Shown: in pieces, positions 1 to 11,023 of the stretch | How the letters are laid out: every line of letters begins with the position of its first letter | Numbering within the stretch: position 1 is the first letter of the stretch | Source of the DNA: Nitrosopumilus sp. | GTDB lineage: Archaea; Thermoproteota; Nitrososphaeria; Nitrososphaerales; Nitrosopumilaceae | Assembly (NCBI GenBank): GCA_965203315.1 | Contig: CBDBCE010000005.1 | Coordinates: forward strand, 24,660 to 88,659 | Direction of reading: 5' to 3' | DNA length: 64,000 nt | Position numbers and translations under genes: made by a program | Notes under the pieces: generated by a model | Told to the model about the DNA's origin: nothing | Seen by the model: the letters and a program-made list of their open reading frames with translations, nothing else | The model's database searches: none

Positions 1-174
1 CTATTGGAATGGTCAATGATCACACTGCCCAATGCTATCTGTATGAATCTGCTTAAACGATATTTATGCGATATATTTAATTTGCCTATGATGAAACATG
101 ATGCTAGTTTGTTCTCATAATTGAACGTGCCTGATAGAACCCTCGCTTTTAGCGTCTATGAAAAGTATTGACTT

Positions 175-289
175 GATCTTTTCGGTTTATGGGGGACGTG
201 GACGTTTATAGAAACACTACAAGATTCTCTGAGGGAAAATTATGGAAAAACTTTACGAAATATCCTCACACGTAAATCGAAAAGAATCC
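175..289. mobile_element. Degenerate MITE, family A (IS6-type ends)
   Basis: Ends GATCTTTTCGGTTTA...TAAATCGAAAAGAATCC resemble the TIRs of the IS6 at 13903-15404. The interior aligns with the reverse complement of 9883-9997. No clean TSD. Confidence 0.75.
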
Positions 290-414
290 TGTGTTGATTC
301 TATACTGTGTAGGGTTAAGACCGTGTCGATACAGCATAGATACTAAAATTAAACAATCGATTAGATCGTACTCTGTCATCTTACAATCTTGGTATGAACG
401 AATCATTCGCGGTC

Positions 415-437
415 TTTATATGGCACGGGGGGGGGGG
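415..437 (+). promoter_or_regulatory. TATA box (TTTATAT, 415-421) of the S-layer gene followed by a G11 homopolymer (427-437)
   Basis: TATA-like box about 30 nt upstream of ATG 451; run of 11 G seen directly. Confidence 0.65.
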
Positions 438-850
438 ATAAATTAATAACATGAATAACGAAATAGGACGAAAAACAACTAGTTTAATACTAATGACAAT
501 AATGGTCGCAGGCGGACTGACCTTTGCTATACCAAGCATGGAGCCAGTATACGCCCGGTCGACACCAAACCTATACGTCTCAGCTGCTGATCCAAATGGA
601 TACGGAGCTAGATTCGACAACACCTTTGGTGGACTACAGATAGTGCAAGTAATTGTGAGTGATCCTCTACGAGATGATGCTGATGACGCACCGCCTCGTG
701 TAACCATTAATGATGATGAATTAACCATGAAATATCATAGTGGTAGTTGGTATGTATACTTTACAATAGTTGATGATCCTGATGGCAGTACACCTACTAT
801 TAACGATCTTGCTAATTTGTGGACTGATGCCGTTGGCATAAATAAACTTG

Positions 851-1753
851 GGTGATTAGCCGCGTACAGCCCCTAACATCAATTTCACCAAAAAGTTGAA
901 CAAGTCACACACCCTAAAATTATATCTCCATTCCATCTCTTTTATGTATAGTAGAAATTTGTCTTGGCTTACACCATGATGTTTAGACAATTTTTGTTTT
1001 GCAAAACTCCAGAATCCTTCAATTCCGTTGGTATGCACTTCATCTTGCCCAAACGTCTTGCTATGATCAACTGACTGGTGTTTGTAACCATGCGTGGTCA
1101 GTGGGTTGTATCCAGCCCACTTGTCTGTGTATATGGTGCTACCTTTCTCTACTACCGCAGTTATGCTGGCAAGTAAAGTGTCTGCACTAGCATCAGGTAT
1201 GATCTCAACATGTACGTTTCCACCTCTCTTCAACATACCTAAAACGATTATCTTGTTTTCTGCACCACGACCACGATTTCCTTTCCTTTTACCCCCAAAA
1301 TACGCCTCATCTACCTCAATTTCGCCACGAAACATACGAAATTCGTTGTTTGAGTGTTCCAGTATGAGGCGTCTAAATATGTCAAACGCTTGTAGCACTG
1401 TCTTGTAATTTAGCTGTGTCTGTTCTGCCGCAACCTTTGCAGAAGCGGATATCTCAAATAACTTGATTAGAATAAGCCACTTTGAATACGGTATGCAAAG
1501 TAGTGCAAAATGAATCTCTAAACGGCCTAAAATCACTCTTACACGATTTGCAGCGTAACCTACTTTTATTCTTCATTGGATAGAATTGGTTGCTTGTACA
1601 AAATTTGCATCTGATTTCTTTAGCCGATACTGATTCCAGATATCGTATTGTGGATATCTCATCACATGTTATCTTGGATAATGACCACAGATCCATCAAC
1701 TATGTGGTAAAAACACCCCCCTATTATTTAGGGGCTGTACGCGGCTAATCACC
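851..1753 (-). mobile_element. IS1595-family insertion sequence (903 bp)
   Basis: Perfect 26-bp TIRs GGTGATTAGCCGCGTACAGCCCCTAA (851-876 and 1728-1753); 8-bp TSD TAAACTTG (843-850 and 1754-1761). Confidence 0.95.
856..1699 (-). pseudogene. IS1595 (ISXO2-like) DDE transposase, frameshifted
   Basis: Zn ribbon (CKFC...CKSC) in ORF 1454-1699; catalytic motifs EVDEAYFGG, YTDKWAGY and HTNGIEGFWS in ORF 856-1536. Frames switch near the T4 at 1507-1510. Confidence 0.88.
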
Positions 1754-4700
1754 TAAACTTGTTAGGCAGCCAGGCATCACCATGGATGTTCAGAATGAAC
1801 TAAAACTACTTGAATCTGACGACACCTTTGATATAGTGTATCACAAGGCAGGAGCACCACAAACAATATCTCTCACATATGACGACTCTGTAAACAATGA
1901 TCTCAAACTAGACAGGACATCATATCCCAGAAATGCTCACGTACACGTAGAGATAACAGATCATATACTAAATCTCGATCCAACTACCAAAGATGTTTGG
2001 ATATACGATACAGACACTACAGAAACTACAGACACTCAGATAAGATATCTATATGATGATACTAGTAGTGACTCCCAACAAAGACCAAAAACCACTAATC
2101 TTGGTTGTCAAGATGACAAGTGTATGTTTAGCATAGATGGTATTAGCGACAATTCGACTAATACTGTTAACAGGATTAAAGACGAAAATAACATACTTTA
2201 TCTACATATGCCAGAGACTGTTGCTCCTCGATATATGTTTGAAGAGACAGGTCCAAACACTGGAGTCTTTAAACTAATCTCCTATCCTACTAGCAATAAA
2301 AACTACGATCTCGATGACAACGAATCTCCGATCCGGATTGAATCTATGGCTCCCCGTGGACAAAACACACAAATTCTGTATAGTGACGAGACTGTCTCTG
2401 TAAACACACGACTTACTACTGCTACTGTAAACCTAGACGTACAAGATGGCACATGGAACTCTGGCGAAAAGATTGATCTGACAATAGTAGATGCCGATCA
2501 AAATTTAAACAGTGATGCAGAGGATGATCAAAAGGTATCTAGTGCAAATGCAAGAATTCCCGTATTCGTTACAGGTGATCCACATACGTTAAAGGATGGT
2601 GAAACCGATACTATCAAACGTATATATCGCGATCTTCCCACACCTCTTCCTCATGAAGATACTTACATAGACAGCAGATCCCGCCTATTATCGTATGAAG
2701 TTGATGATAGCTATAGGGGCACATTTACTATAGATCATACAGGTGGTGGTGGCAGCGTAAGATATGACAAGCTTGTAATTCCACTAGGTACACTTGGAGA
2801 TATTCACGAGTCGATCAACGGTAATGATACCAATAAAGGAATCTTTACAGGACGTAATCTATTCAACTATGACTTTAGTAGTGTCGTTAGTGGCATTACT
2901 GTTCCTGCTGACCCTTTTACGACTGGGACAGATCAAGATAAAAACACCCAAATGAATGCTACTCTTATTGTAATGCCTGATAATGGGAGCAAGGCGGTTG
3001 TTGCTCTTTGGGGAACACTTGTCTCAACTAAGAGTATGGGCAATAGTGGATATATGGACATCACAGATTTCATGCTAGGTGAGGATGAAGACCTTAAAAA
3101 CAAAAAACTATTGGCCGATCGTACAGCACTATATAGTGTCGCAAATGTCTCCAAAAGTAGTAAAGTCAACCTCGTACTACAGTTTACTAGCAATGACGAT
3201 CTAACAAAGCCCACGATCGTAGATATGGATAAAGACAAAAAGTTCTCACTAGTCGCAGACTTTTTTTCATATGGATTCTACGATGATGGTGCACAAGCAG
3301 CCGAGAGGATTGCAAATCAAATCATACGAGTCGAGGTAGAAGAGACAGGTGAAAACACCAGTACCTTTACAGGAACACTAGAGTATGTGATGATAAACCA
3401 ACTCAACGTTAACGATCCCAAGACATACACTGATATCATGCCAAGAGGCAATGAAGTAAAATTCATCGCCTTTGAGGATCTTACCGGCTCTGACGCGCGA
3501 GTAAACTATGCAGACATAGACTCGAACGGCAACATGGCTACAGTCTCTGATCAACAAGATATTGCAACCGCTAGTGGTGTAGTATCTCTGAACGCAGAGA
3601 CATACAGTGTAGGTAGTAATGTCGTAATCACACTAGAGGACTCTGATCTGAATACAGATCCTGATCGTGCTGATACCTATACAGTAGTAACACGAAACAT
3701 GACTGACGGAACCACGAACACTGGTAAGGACAAGGACCAGGTGGGTATTGATGTCATGCCCACGTATGAGGCTCTACTACCAGGTAAGAAATCACTAGGA
3801 ATGCTACTAGAGGTAACCTTTGATGGTAAGAGATGGCAATCTGGCTGTACTCTGTCTGATGGAGTTCAGAATGGACTTGGTGCAACAGGATTCACTCTAC
3901 AAGAGACCGGATCCAGTACAGGAGTCTTTACAGGTTCCTTTGCTATACCAAAAGAGGTATGCAACTTTAATGATGATGGCAGCGTAAACACGAACGAATC
4001 TAAAATAACTGTAAGCGGCAAAGACATTGGTGTAACATATCTAGACTTTAGAGATGCATCTGGTCAAATAGTCACAGCTGGTGACTCTGCATCGATTGGT
4101 GCAAGTACAGGCTCTGTATCTCTAGATAGAACTGTATATCCAGTTCCATATGGTGCTGGTACAGAGTCAGGTTCTTCAAGAGCCCTAGACATGGCCGGAG
4201 CAAATCTTGCAGGTGGTACAGTCAAAGTCTATGTTCAAGTAAACGACCCAGACTACAACTTGAATCCTACAGGTGAGGACAAGATCGAAGACGAGTCAGG
4301 GAACGGACCAGTCAAAGTAATAGTCTCTCGCAGTGGTGACGAGTGTGTAATAGGTAATGCAGGCGGTACGACATCAGTTCCAACCGACGAGATCAGTAGA
4401 TTGTTACAAGATCGAAATACAAAGAAAGCTAGCTATGATCTAGACAAGACAAACACCGACAAACAGACAGCATATCTCTTGGCACAACTAAAGTATGATG
4501 CTGCCAGTGATACTGGTACATGTACTCCAAGGGAGTTAGGTGCTCTAACAGAGACATCTCCTGAATCAGGAGTCTTTGAGGTGAGCTTTAATCTATATCC
4601 CAAAGATGGACCAAGTGGCAGTGACTGTCCAAGTAGAACAATAGCCGACGGTACAACAAGCCGTACATGTATCCTACAAGGTGACATACTCACCGTACAG

Positions 4701-6276
4701 TACAACGACACAACAGACGCTTCTGGTAATCCACGTACAGTCACAGACTCTGCTACCTTTGATCTACGAAACGGTGCTCTACAGACAGACAAGTCTGTAT
4801 ATGTGATAGGCTCGGACATGATCGTAACACTCATCGATCCAGACCTTGATCTAGACAGCGGTACACGCGAAACATACACACTTGATCTGATCAAGTGGGA
4901 CTCGGACGCAGGTACCAAGAATCTGAGTGAAGGTATATTCGATGCAGAACCAGGCTCTCTACGAGAGACTGGTCCTAGCACAGGTATCTTCCAAGTGGTC
5001 ATATCTGTTCCCAAGGCCATAGACAACGACAGACTAGAACGAGGCGAAGAGATCAAGCTAGAATACACCGACTATGGACCATCAGGTGCAGACTTTGTAG
5101 GTGATAACACAGAAGATATCGACAGAACGGTATTCACATCAAACTTTGGTGCTACAATAGAACTAGATCAAAGTGTATACAGTTGGACCGACAAGGTATT
5201 CATTACTGTAACAGCTCCTGATCACAACCTAAACACAAACCAAGTAGACGAGATTGGTGCTAATCCATATCCAGTGCGTGTTGCTACAAGATCCGACGAC
5301 ATTAAAAACTACAAACTCGTAGAGACAGGTACAAACACTGGTATCTTTACAGGTGAAGTAATACTGACAGGATTCTCGTACGACGCAGACGGTGATCAAG
5401 ATACAGGCGAAGATGGTAAAGACGTCACAGGTCGTACATGTGACACATGTAATGGACCAACCGATGGACTATTACCAACAGACAACGACGACGGACTCGA
5501 GGTATCATTCGAGTTCTCTGACGACGAGACTGTTCGCAAGTCTGCTCTAATCCGTTGGAACATTGGTGAAGTTCAGTGGCTAGAAGCAAGTTATCCTGCT
5601 ACAGCTACAGGCGTACTACGTGTAATCGATCCCGACATGAACTTGAATCCAGAATCTGCAGACAACTTTGAGGTCAAAGTATGGTCTTCTAGTGCACCTA
5701 GTGGAATAACCCTTACAGTAACAGAGACTCAACCAGCAAGTGGTATCTTTGAAGGTACTGTATTCTTTGGACTCTCTGTCCAATCAGGTGGTCACAAACT
5801 ATCCACAGAAGAAGGAGACACAGTCACTGCAAAGTACAGCGACAACACTCTACCTGCTCCATACAGTAAAGGCGACTCTGAAGAGATCACTGCAACCACC
5901 ATAATAGGAACAATAGTACCTCCTCTAGAACGAGTAAAGATCGAGTCGTTGAGAATAGTAGACTCTACAGGTACAACACTCAGTACAGTATCAATAGATC
6001 AACAAGTCCAGATCACTGCAGATTTGACAAACACACAAGACAAAGACCAGCCATTTGCATACTTGGTACAAATTCAAGATAGCGATGGCGTAACGGTATC
6101 TCTGTCTTGGATTGATGGTTCACTAACACCATCTCAGTCGTTTAGTCCATCTCAGTCTTGGATACCAACAGCAGCCGGTGAATACACAATTACCGTATTT
6201 GCATGGGAGTCGTTGACTATACCAACTGCACTATCTCCACAACAGACAACAACAATAACTGTAAACTAGTTCAAAC

Positions 6277-6297
6277 TTTCTCTTTTTTTCTTTTTTT
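6277..6297 (+). terminator. Oligo-T archaeal terminator of slaA
   Basis: TTTCTCTTTTTTTCTTTTTTT directly after the stop codon. Confidence 0.7.
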
Positions 6298-6493
6298 ATA
6301 TTTACATAATACAATATACAATATACACAATGTAGCTTATGCATGGCGATAGCTGTATACAGTAACGGCTACAGCACACGATAGTATTCTGTACCTACGT
6401 CACGTTATGACCAGATGATCCCTGCTCTCTCATTCTCTATTCTCGCATCATACAATATTGATCATTCACAAGAATATTCTCTTAACTTATCTG

Positions 6494-6704
6494 GGACAGT
6501 TGGAATTTAGGAGTTCTTGGAATTATACTAGTGGTAAAAGTACCATGATAAAAAACTAAAAAATTACATGATTCATGATTCCAATATCAAAAATTTACAT
6601 AATTCAAGATGTATTGTTCAATAACATGTAAAATTTTTTGTGAATTGTTTACAGGATTGTCACTGCCTGCAAATTTCCAAGAACTCTCTTAATTTCCAAC
6701 TGCC
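6494..6704. mobile_element. Putative MITE (~210 bp) with ~30-bp imperfect TIRs
   Basis: CAGTTGGAATTTAGGAGTTCTTGGAATT versus AATTTCCAAGAACTCTCTTAATTTCCAACTG; AT-rich non-coding interior; no TSD found. Confidence 0.6.
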
Positions 6705-6894
6705 TTTCTATAAGAGAGCTGATGATTAATCAAGACTGACGTATTGTTTGGAGAATGTTTCTGAATCCGGTAAATTCTAGTAATTATTTCCTTTGCCTTC
6801 CACTTGTTACGTCACCTCATTCTATCTAAACACAACCCCTGCTGTCAGAATGAATGCTGTGTCTGATTCGAGACCATTCGTCTAACTTTTATCG

Positions 6895-8160
6895 TTGAGT
6901 GTTTCATGTATGATCATGCGGTTAATGATCATAATTTTACTGATCTGTGTCATACCTGCATATGCTCAAGAGTATCCTGATCTCGGCGTATATGTGGAGC
7001 CTGTGCATCAAAACCTAGTTGTTCCATGGAGTGTAGATTGGTTACCTGATGGAACTATGATATTTACTGAACGTGGTGGCGATCTCTGGATTTCCGACAA
7101 TGTACCACCAAGACTGATCCTGTCACTAGATACCGGTGGAATTGAAGGAGGACTGTTAGGTCTTGCTGTCGATCCTGACTTTGAATCTAACAACTACATC
7201 TATCTGTACTATACATATTCAGATTTTTTCACTTTGATGAACAAAGTTGTACGATATCAGTATGTTGACGGCAGTGTGTATGGTGAGACAACCCTTGTAG
7301 ATCGAATTCCTGGTGGTCCTGTACATGACGGTGGACGAATACAATTTGGACCTGATGAAAAGCTATACATCACGACTGGCGATGCTGGTGTACCTAGCCT
7401 CGCTCAAGATGTTGACTCACTAGCTGGCAAGATACTCAGAATAAATCGTGACGGATCCATACCTAGCGATAATCCGTGGCCAAACTCTCCTGTGTATACT
7501 ATGGGGCATAGAAATCCACAAGGAATTGATTGGGACAGATATGGAAACTTGGTCGCATCCGAACACGGTCCATCAGGATTTTCATCTGGACATGATGAAA
7601 TCAATATAATCATATCTGGCACAAATTATGGGTGGCCAAATATAGTTGGCGATGAGTCTACTTTTGGAATGTCGACTCCATTTTATCATACTGGTCAAGA
7701 TACGTGGGCACCATCTGGTGTAGAGTTTTATGATGGTGGTACTATACCTGCATGGACTGGAAAGTACTTTGTAGCTGCATTGTATAGCCAAAACTTACAC
7801 ATGTTTGATATCAATGCTACTGACGGTACTCTTTCGTCTCACCAATCTTTGTTTCAGGATGAGTTTGGACGTCTACGTGACGTACAAACAGGTCCTGACG
7901 GTCATCTATACTTGTTGACTAGTAATCGTGATGGCCGAGGTAGTCCTTCACCAAACGATGATCAAATACTTCGAGTAATGCCTTTGGACAGCAAGTGCAC
8001 AAATGATTCAAACACATGTTTGGCTGATTCACGTATTCCTCAATGGGTAAAGGAAATATTTGCTGCGTATTTGGACGATATGATAACCGAGGATGAACTG
8101 TTGAACGCATTACAATATCTCATAGAACAAAAGGTGATTCTAATCGACGCAGACAGATGA
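6895..8160 (+). CDS. Exported PQQ-dependent glucose/sorbosone dehydrogenase family protein with thaumarchaeal C-terminal IPxWVK domain
   Basis: Motifs GEGGLLGLAVDPDF-like, HDGGRIQFGPD, GHRNPQG, NYGWP, GRLRDV; signal peptide; C-terminal IPQWVK...ALQYLI. Confidence 0.88.
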   Translation: MSVSCMIMRLMIIILLICVIPAYAQEYPDLGVYVEPVHQNLVVPWSVDWLPDGTMIFTERGGDLWISDNVPPRLILSLDTGGIEGGLLGLAVDPDFESNNYIYLYYTYSDFFTLMNKVVRYQYVDGSVYGETTLVDRIPGGPVHDGGRIQFGPDEKLYITTGDAGVPSLAQDVDSLAGKILRINRDGSIPSDNPWPNSPVYTMGHRNPQGIDWDRYGNLVASEHGPSGFSSGHDEINIIISGTNYGWPNIVGDESTFGMSTPFYHTGQDTWAPSGVEFYDGGTIPAWTGKYFVAALYSQNLHMFDINATDGTLSSHQSLFQDEFGRLRDVQTGPDGHLYLLTSNRDGRGSPSPNDDQILRVMPLDSKCTNDSNTCLADSRIPQWVKEIFAAYLDDMITEDELLNALQYLIEQKVILIDADR

Positions 8161-8488
8161 CTTGGTGCTTTCACGTTGGTGTATTGAGTCAGACTTTTTT
8201 TAAATTGGCGATTAGGGATATCGAGCCTCCAAACCTACTGATCGATAACACAGTAAAATAGATACGAAATTCGAACATATTGAGATAGAGTCGATTGACT
8301 TTCAATCAGTTTCTGATGTGTCTCTTCATTTTTTGATTGATTTCTGACATTAAATTTGTATAGTCCAAGGGTCATTTAGAGCAATGGATGTTTAATCACC
8401 TAGATTTTAATCAAACATTTGTAGACTAGACATTACTAGCATACAGAAATTAGGGTGTCTGAATAAATTATATGTTGTAAAGTTTCAC

Positions 8489-9844
8489 ATGATATTAGTG
8501 AAAAAATCAACAAATGTCTCTACGAGGACGATCAAACGACCACGTGGCAGACCTAGAAAAACCGATACCAGCACAACAACTAAACGACCACGTGGCAGAC
8601 CTAGAAAAACCGATACCAGCACAACAACTAAACGACCACGTGGCAGACCTAGAAAAACCGATACCAGCACAACAACTAAACGACCACGTGGCAGACCTAG
8701 AAAAACCGATACCAGCACAACAACTAAACGACCACGTGGCAGACCTAGAAAAACCGATACCAGCACAACAACTAAACGACCACGTGGCAGACCTAGAAAA
8801 ACCGATACCAGCACAACAACTAAACGACCACGTGGCAGACCTAGAAAAACCGATACCAGCACAACAACTAAACGACCACGTGGCAGACCTAGAAAAACCG
8901 ATACCAGCACAACAACTAAACGACCACGTGGCAGACCTAGAAAAACCGATACCAGCACAACAACTAAACGACCACGTGGCAGACCTAGAAAAACCGATAC
9001 CAGCACAACAACTAAACGACCACGTGGCAGACCTAGAAAAACCGATACCAGCACAACAACTAAACGACCACGTGGCAGACCTAGAAAAACCGATACCAGC
9101 ACAACAACTAAACGACCACGTGGCAGACCTAGAAAAACCGATACCAGCACAACAACTAAACGACCACGTGGCAGACCTAGAAAAACCGATACCAGCACAA
9201 CAACTAAACGACCACGTGGCAGACCAAAAAAATCACTTCTTGACAGCTTGTCTGAGTTAGCTGCCGAAATTGAACAAGATAAGCTAAAAAAGGCAAGTGA
9301 TGTGAACCAGCTGGAACAAACAAAAAATCAACCAACATTTCAAGCAAAACATATGGTGACAAACGACTCGGTCAAAATAGATAAAGCCGAATTAAACAAA
9401 ACACTAAAACAGATAGATGAAAAAATAGCAAAGGTATTAAAATATTATATAGTTGATACTGATGCGAAGGAGATCAGATCTATTACAGATTATTTAATGT
9501 CTGACATCAAAGACATAGTAGTCGAAAATATGAAGGCTAATCAAAGAGTTGTGTACAAAAAGTTTTCTAAACAACTGGAAAGTAGAATTATTAGAGGGCT
9601 TAAAAATATTAACATTGTAAAGCATGTATGTTATGACAACAGTTCAACGCATGATTACATGAATCTGATTGTGATATATGATCACAAGAATAGTTCTCAC
9701 GCATACGATATAATCTCTGACATAGTTCAGAGTGTTGAGGTTGATCGTCACAAGCTATATATCGACTTGAACATATTAAGTGTGTCTGAAGCTAATGCTA
9801 ATCCTGAATTTCTAAAGCATACTACCACTCTACTTACACGATAA
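8489..9844 (+). CDS. Multi-AT-hook DNA-binding protein (15 x KRPRGRP[RK]K) with C-terminal globular domain
   Basis: Canonical AT-hook core PRGRP repeated 15 times; the ORF continues ~200 aa past the repeat; AT-rich TATA-like sequence upstream. Confidence 0.8.
   Translation: MILVKKSTNVSTRTIKRPRGRPRKTDTSTTTKRPRGRPRKTDTSTTTKRPRGRPRKTDTSTTTKRPRGRPRKTDTSTTTKRPRGRPRKTDTSTTTKRPRGRPRKTDTSTTTKRPRGRPRKTDTSTTTKRPRGRPRKTDTSTTTKRPRGRPRKTDTSTTTKRPRGRPRKTDTSTTTKRPRGRPRKTDTSTTTKRPRGRPRKTDTSTTTKRPRGRPRKTDTSTTTKRPRGRPRKTDTSTTTKRPRGRPKKSLLDSLSELAAEIEQDKLKKASDVNQLEQTKNQPTFQAKHMVTNDSVKIDKAELNKTLKQIDEKIAKVLKYYIVDTDAKEIRSITDYLMSDIKDIVVENMKANQRVVYKKFSKQLESRIIRGLKNINIVKHVCYDNSSTHDYMNLIVIYDHKNSSHAYDIISDIVQSVEVDRHKLYIDLNILSVSEANANPEFLKHTTTLLTR
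8534..9225 (+). repeat. Perfect 48-bp tandem repeat, 14 full units plus a partial 15th
   Basis: Unit AAACGACCACGTGGCAGACCTAGAAAAACCGATACCAGCACAACAACT; (9206-8534)/48 = 14. Confidence 0.95.
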
Positions 9845-9882
9845 ATTCACATGATGCTCAATTATGTATGATTAAGTTAATA

Positions 9883-9997
9883 GGATCTTTTCGATTTAAG
9901 TGGGATAAAATTTCGCAAGGCTTTTCCATAATTTTCCCTTATGGGATTTCGCAGTGTTTTCTATAGCCCTTCTATCCCATGCAAATCGAAAAGATCT
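9883..9997. mobile_element. MITE family A (IS6-type ends)
   Basis: GGATCTTTTCGATTT...AAATCGAAAAGATCT; same ends as the IS6 at 13903; homologous to 175-289. Confidence 0.8.
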
Positions 9998-10199
9998 AGT
10001 AGAGCACCTCAATCTACTCGCAAGACTCTGGTTTGTTAGTTGTCTTATGAATATGCGGTGTTGAGTCTTAACTCGTAGCTTGTCTAAACACAATACGTCT
10101 TGACCTCGGATTTTGATTTTATTCCCTTTCTAGCGACTCGGAGATCATATAAAATCTAACGAAAGAAACAGTTATCCATAAGGCTTGCGGATACTAGTT

Positions 10200-10607
10200 A
10201 TGTCAAATGCAGAATCGCCGTTTTGTGACCCCCTGGAGAAACAAAACAAATTTGCAACATCGATCTCTTGTATGGATGGACGAATTCAGATTCCTCTATA
10301 CAATTGGATCAAGACAACATATCGAGTCAACTATGTTGATGTGATAACAGAACCGGGAGTCGACAAAAAAATGTCTGAGGATGTAGGCATCGAGACTATT
10401 CGAGACAAGGTTTTGATATCGGTCAACGCTCATAAATCTCAAATAGTTGCAGTGTCTGGACACTATGACTGTGCAGCCAATCCTGTAGATGCTGAGAGAC
10501 ATATGTCTGAGATCAATAATGCAGTAGCGATCATAAAATCTTGGGATCTTGGAGTCAATGTAATAGGTCTCTGGGTAGATGACTCTTGGAATGTTAACCT
10601 GCTCTAA
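10200..10607 (+). CDS. Putative beta-class-like carbonic anhydrase
   Basis: Zn-ligand pattern CMDGR...HYDC. Confidence 0.75.
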   Translation: MSNAESPFCDPLEKQNKFATSISCMDGRIQIPLYNWIKTTYRVNYVDVITEPGVDKKMSEDVGIETIRDKVLISVNAHKSQIVAVSGHYDCAANPVDAERHMSEINNAVAIIKSWDLGVNVIGLWVDDSWNVNLL

Positions 10608-11023
10608 TATTGATGTGTCATATGATCGGATACAAGACTGTGACTCAGTCTGCGTTCACAATGACTCTTCTTTGAGATAACTATAACTCACTCCTCGTAT
10701 AAAGTGACGCTCATTTTTAATTGACTCTTAGGCGGCTGTTTTTTTGACATCTGTCTAATAAGCGTCTCAAATTGTGTCTCGTATCTGTCTTTTAGATACC
10801 TGTAACGTCGCTCATGTTTTAGATGTCGATGACCAAGTCTGTCGAATCACTTGTCATCCTATTGGAAATTATTCGATTTGTGTGAAATAGTAAGATTATT
10901 CATGATTTTAATTTTTTCAAAAAATTTGAAAATTCTAAGATAATGTATGTTGTATGTTAGTCAAATTAACGATATATCGGTAATACCAACACTATTTAAG
11001 GCATACCGATATATGTATCAAAG

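Larger units (their letters stand above)
451..6269 (+). pseudogene. slaA: Major S-layer protein (thaumarchaeal SlaA type), interrupted by IS1595; fragments 451-855 and 1761/1782-6269
   Basis: Signal peptide MNNEIGRKTTSLILMTIMVAGGLTFAIP, repeated ETGxxTGxF motifs and the typical C-terminus QQVQITADL...FAWES..P.ALSP. Removing the IS and one TSD joins AAT AAA CTT|GTT AGG CAG CCA GGC ATC ACC ATG in frame, giving 1635 aa. Confidence 0.9.

Noticed and set aside
843-1761. IS removed from slaA mRNA as an archaeal intron
   Set aside because: The TIRs would form a long stem, but I could not build a bulge-helix-bulge motif at the junctions. Only cDNA junction reads could revive the idea.
2933-5068. Antisense ORFs inside slaA, and similar ones in ureC, DUR3 and ileS
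   Set aside because: Shadow ORFs opposite well-supported genes, with no recognisable motifs.
8534-9225. CRISPR array
   Set aside because: Units are identical head-to-tail with no unique spacers, lie inside an ORF, and no cas genes are present.
8485-9260. Alternative-frame repeat ORFs (8514-9260 + and 8485-9198 -)
   Set aside because: They stay open only because the 48-bp unit has no stop in those frames and they end near the array edges; the AT-hook frame continues into a unique domain.
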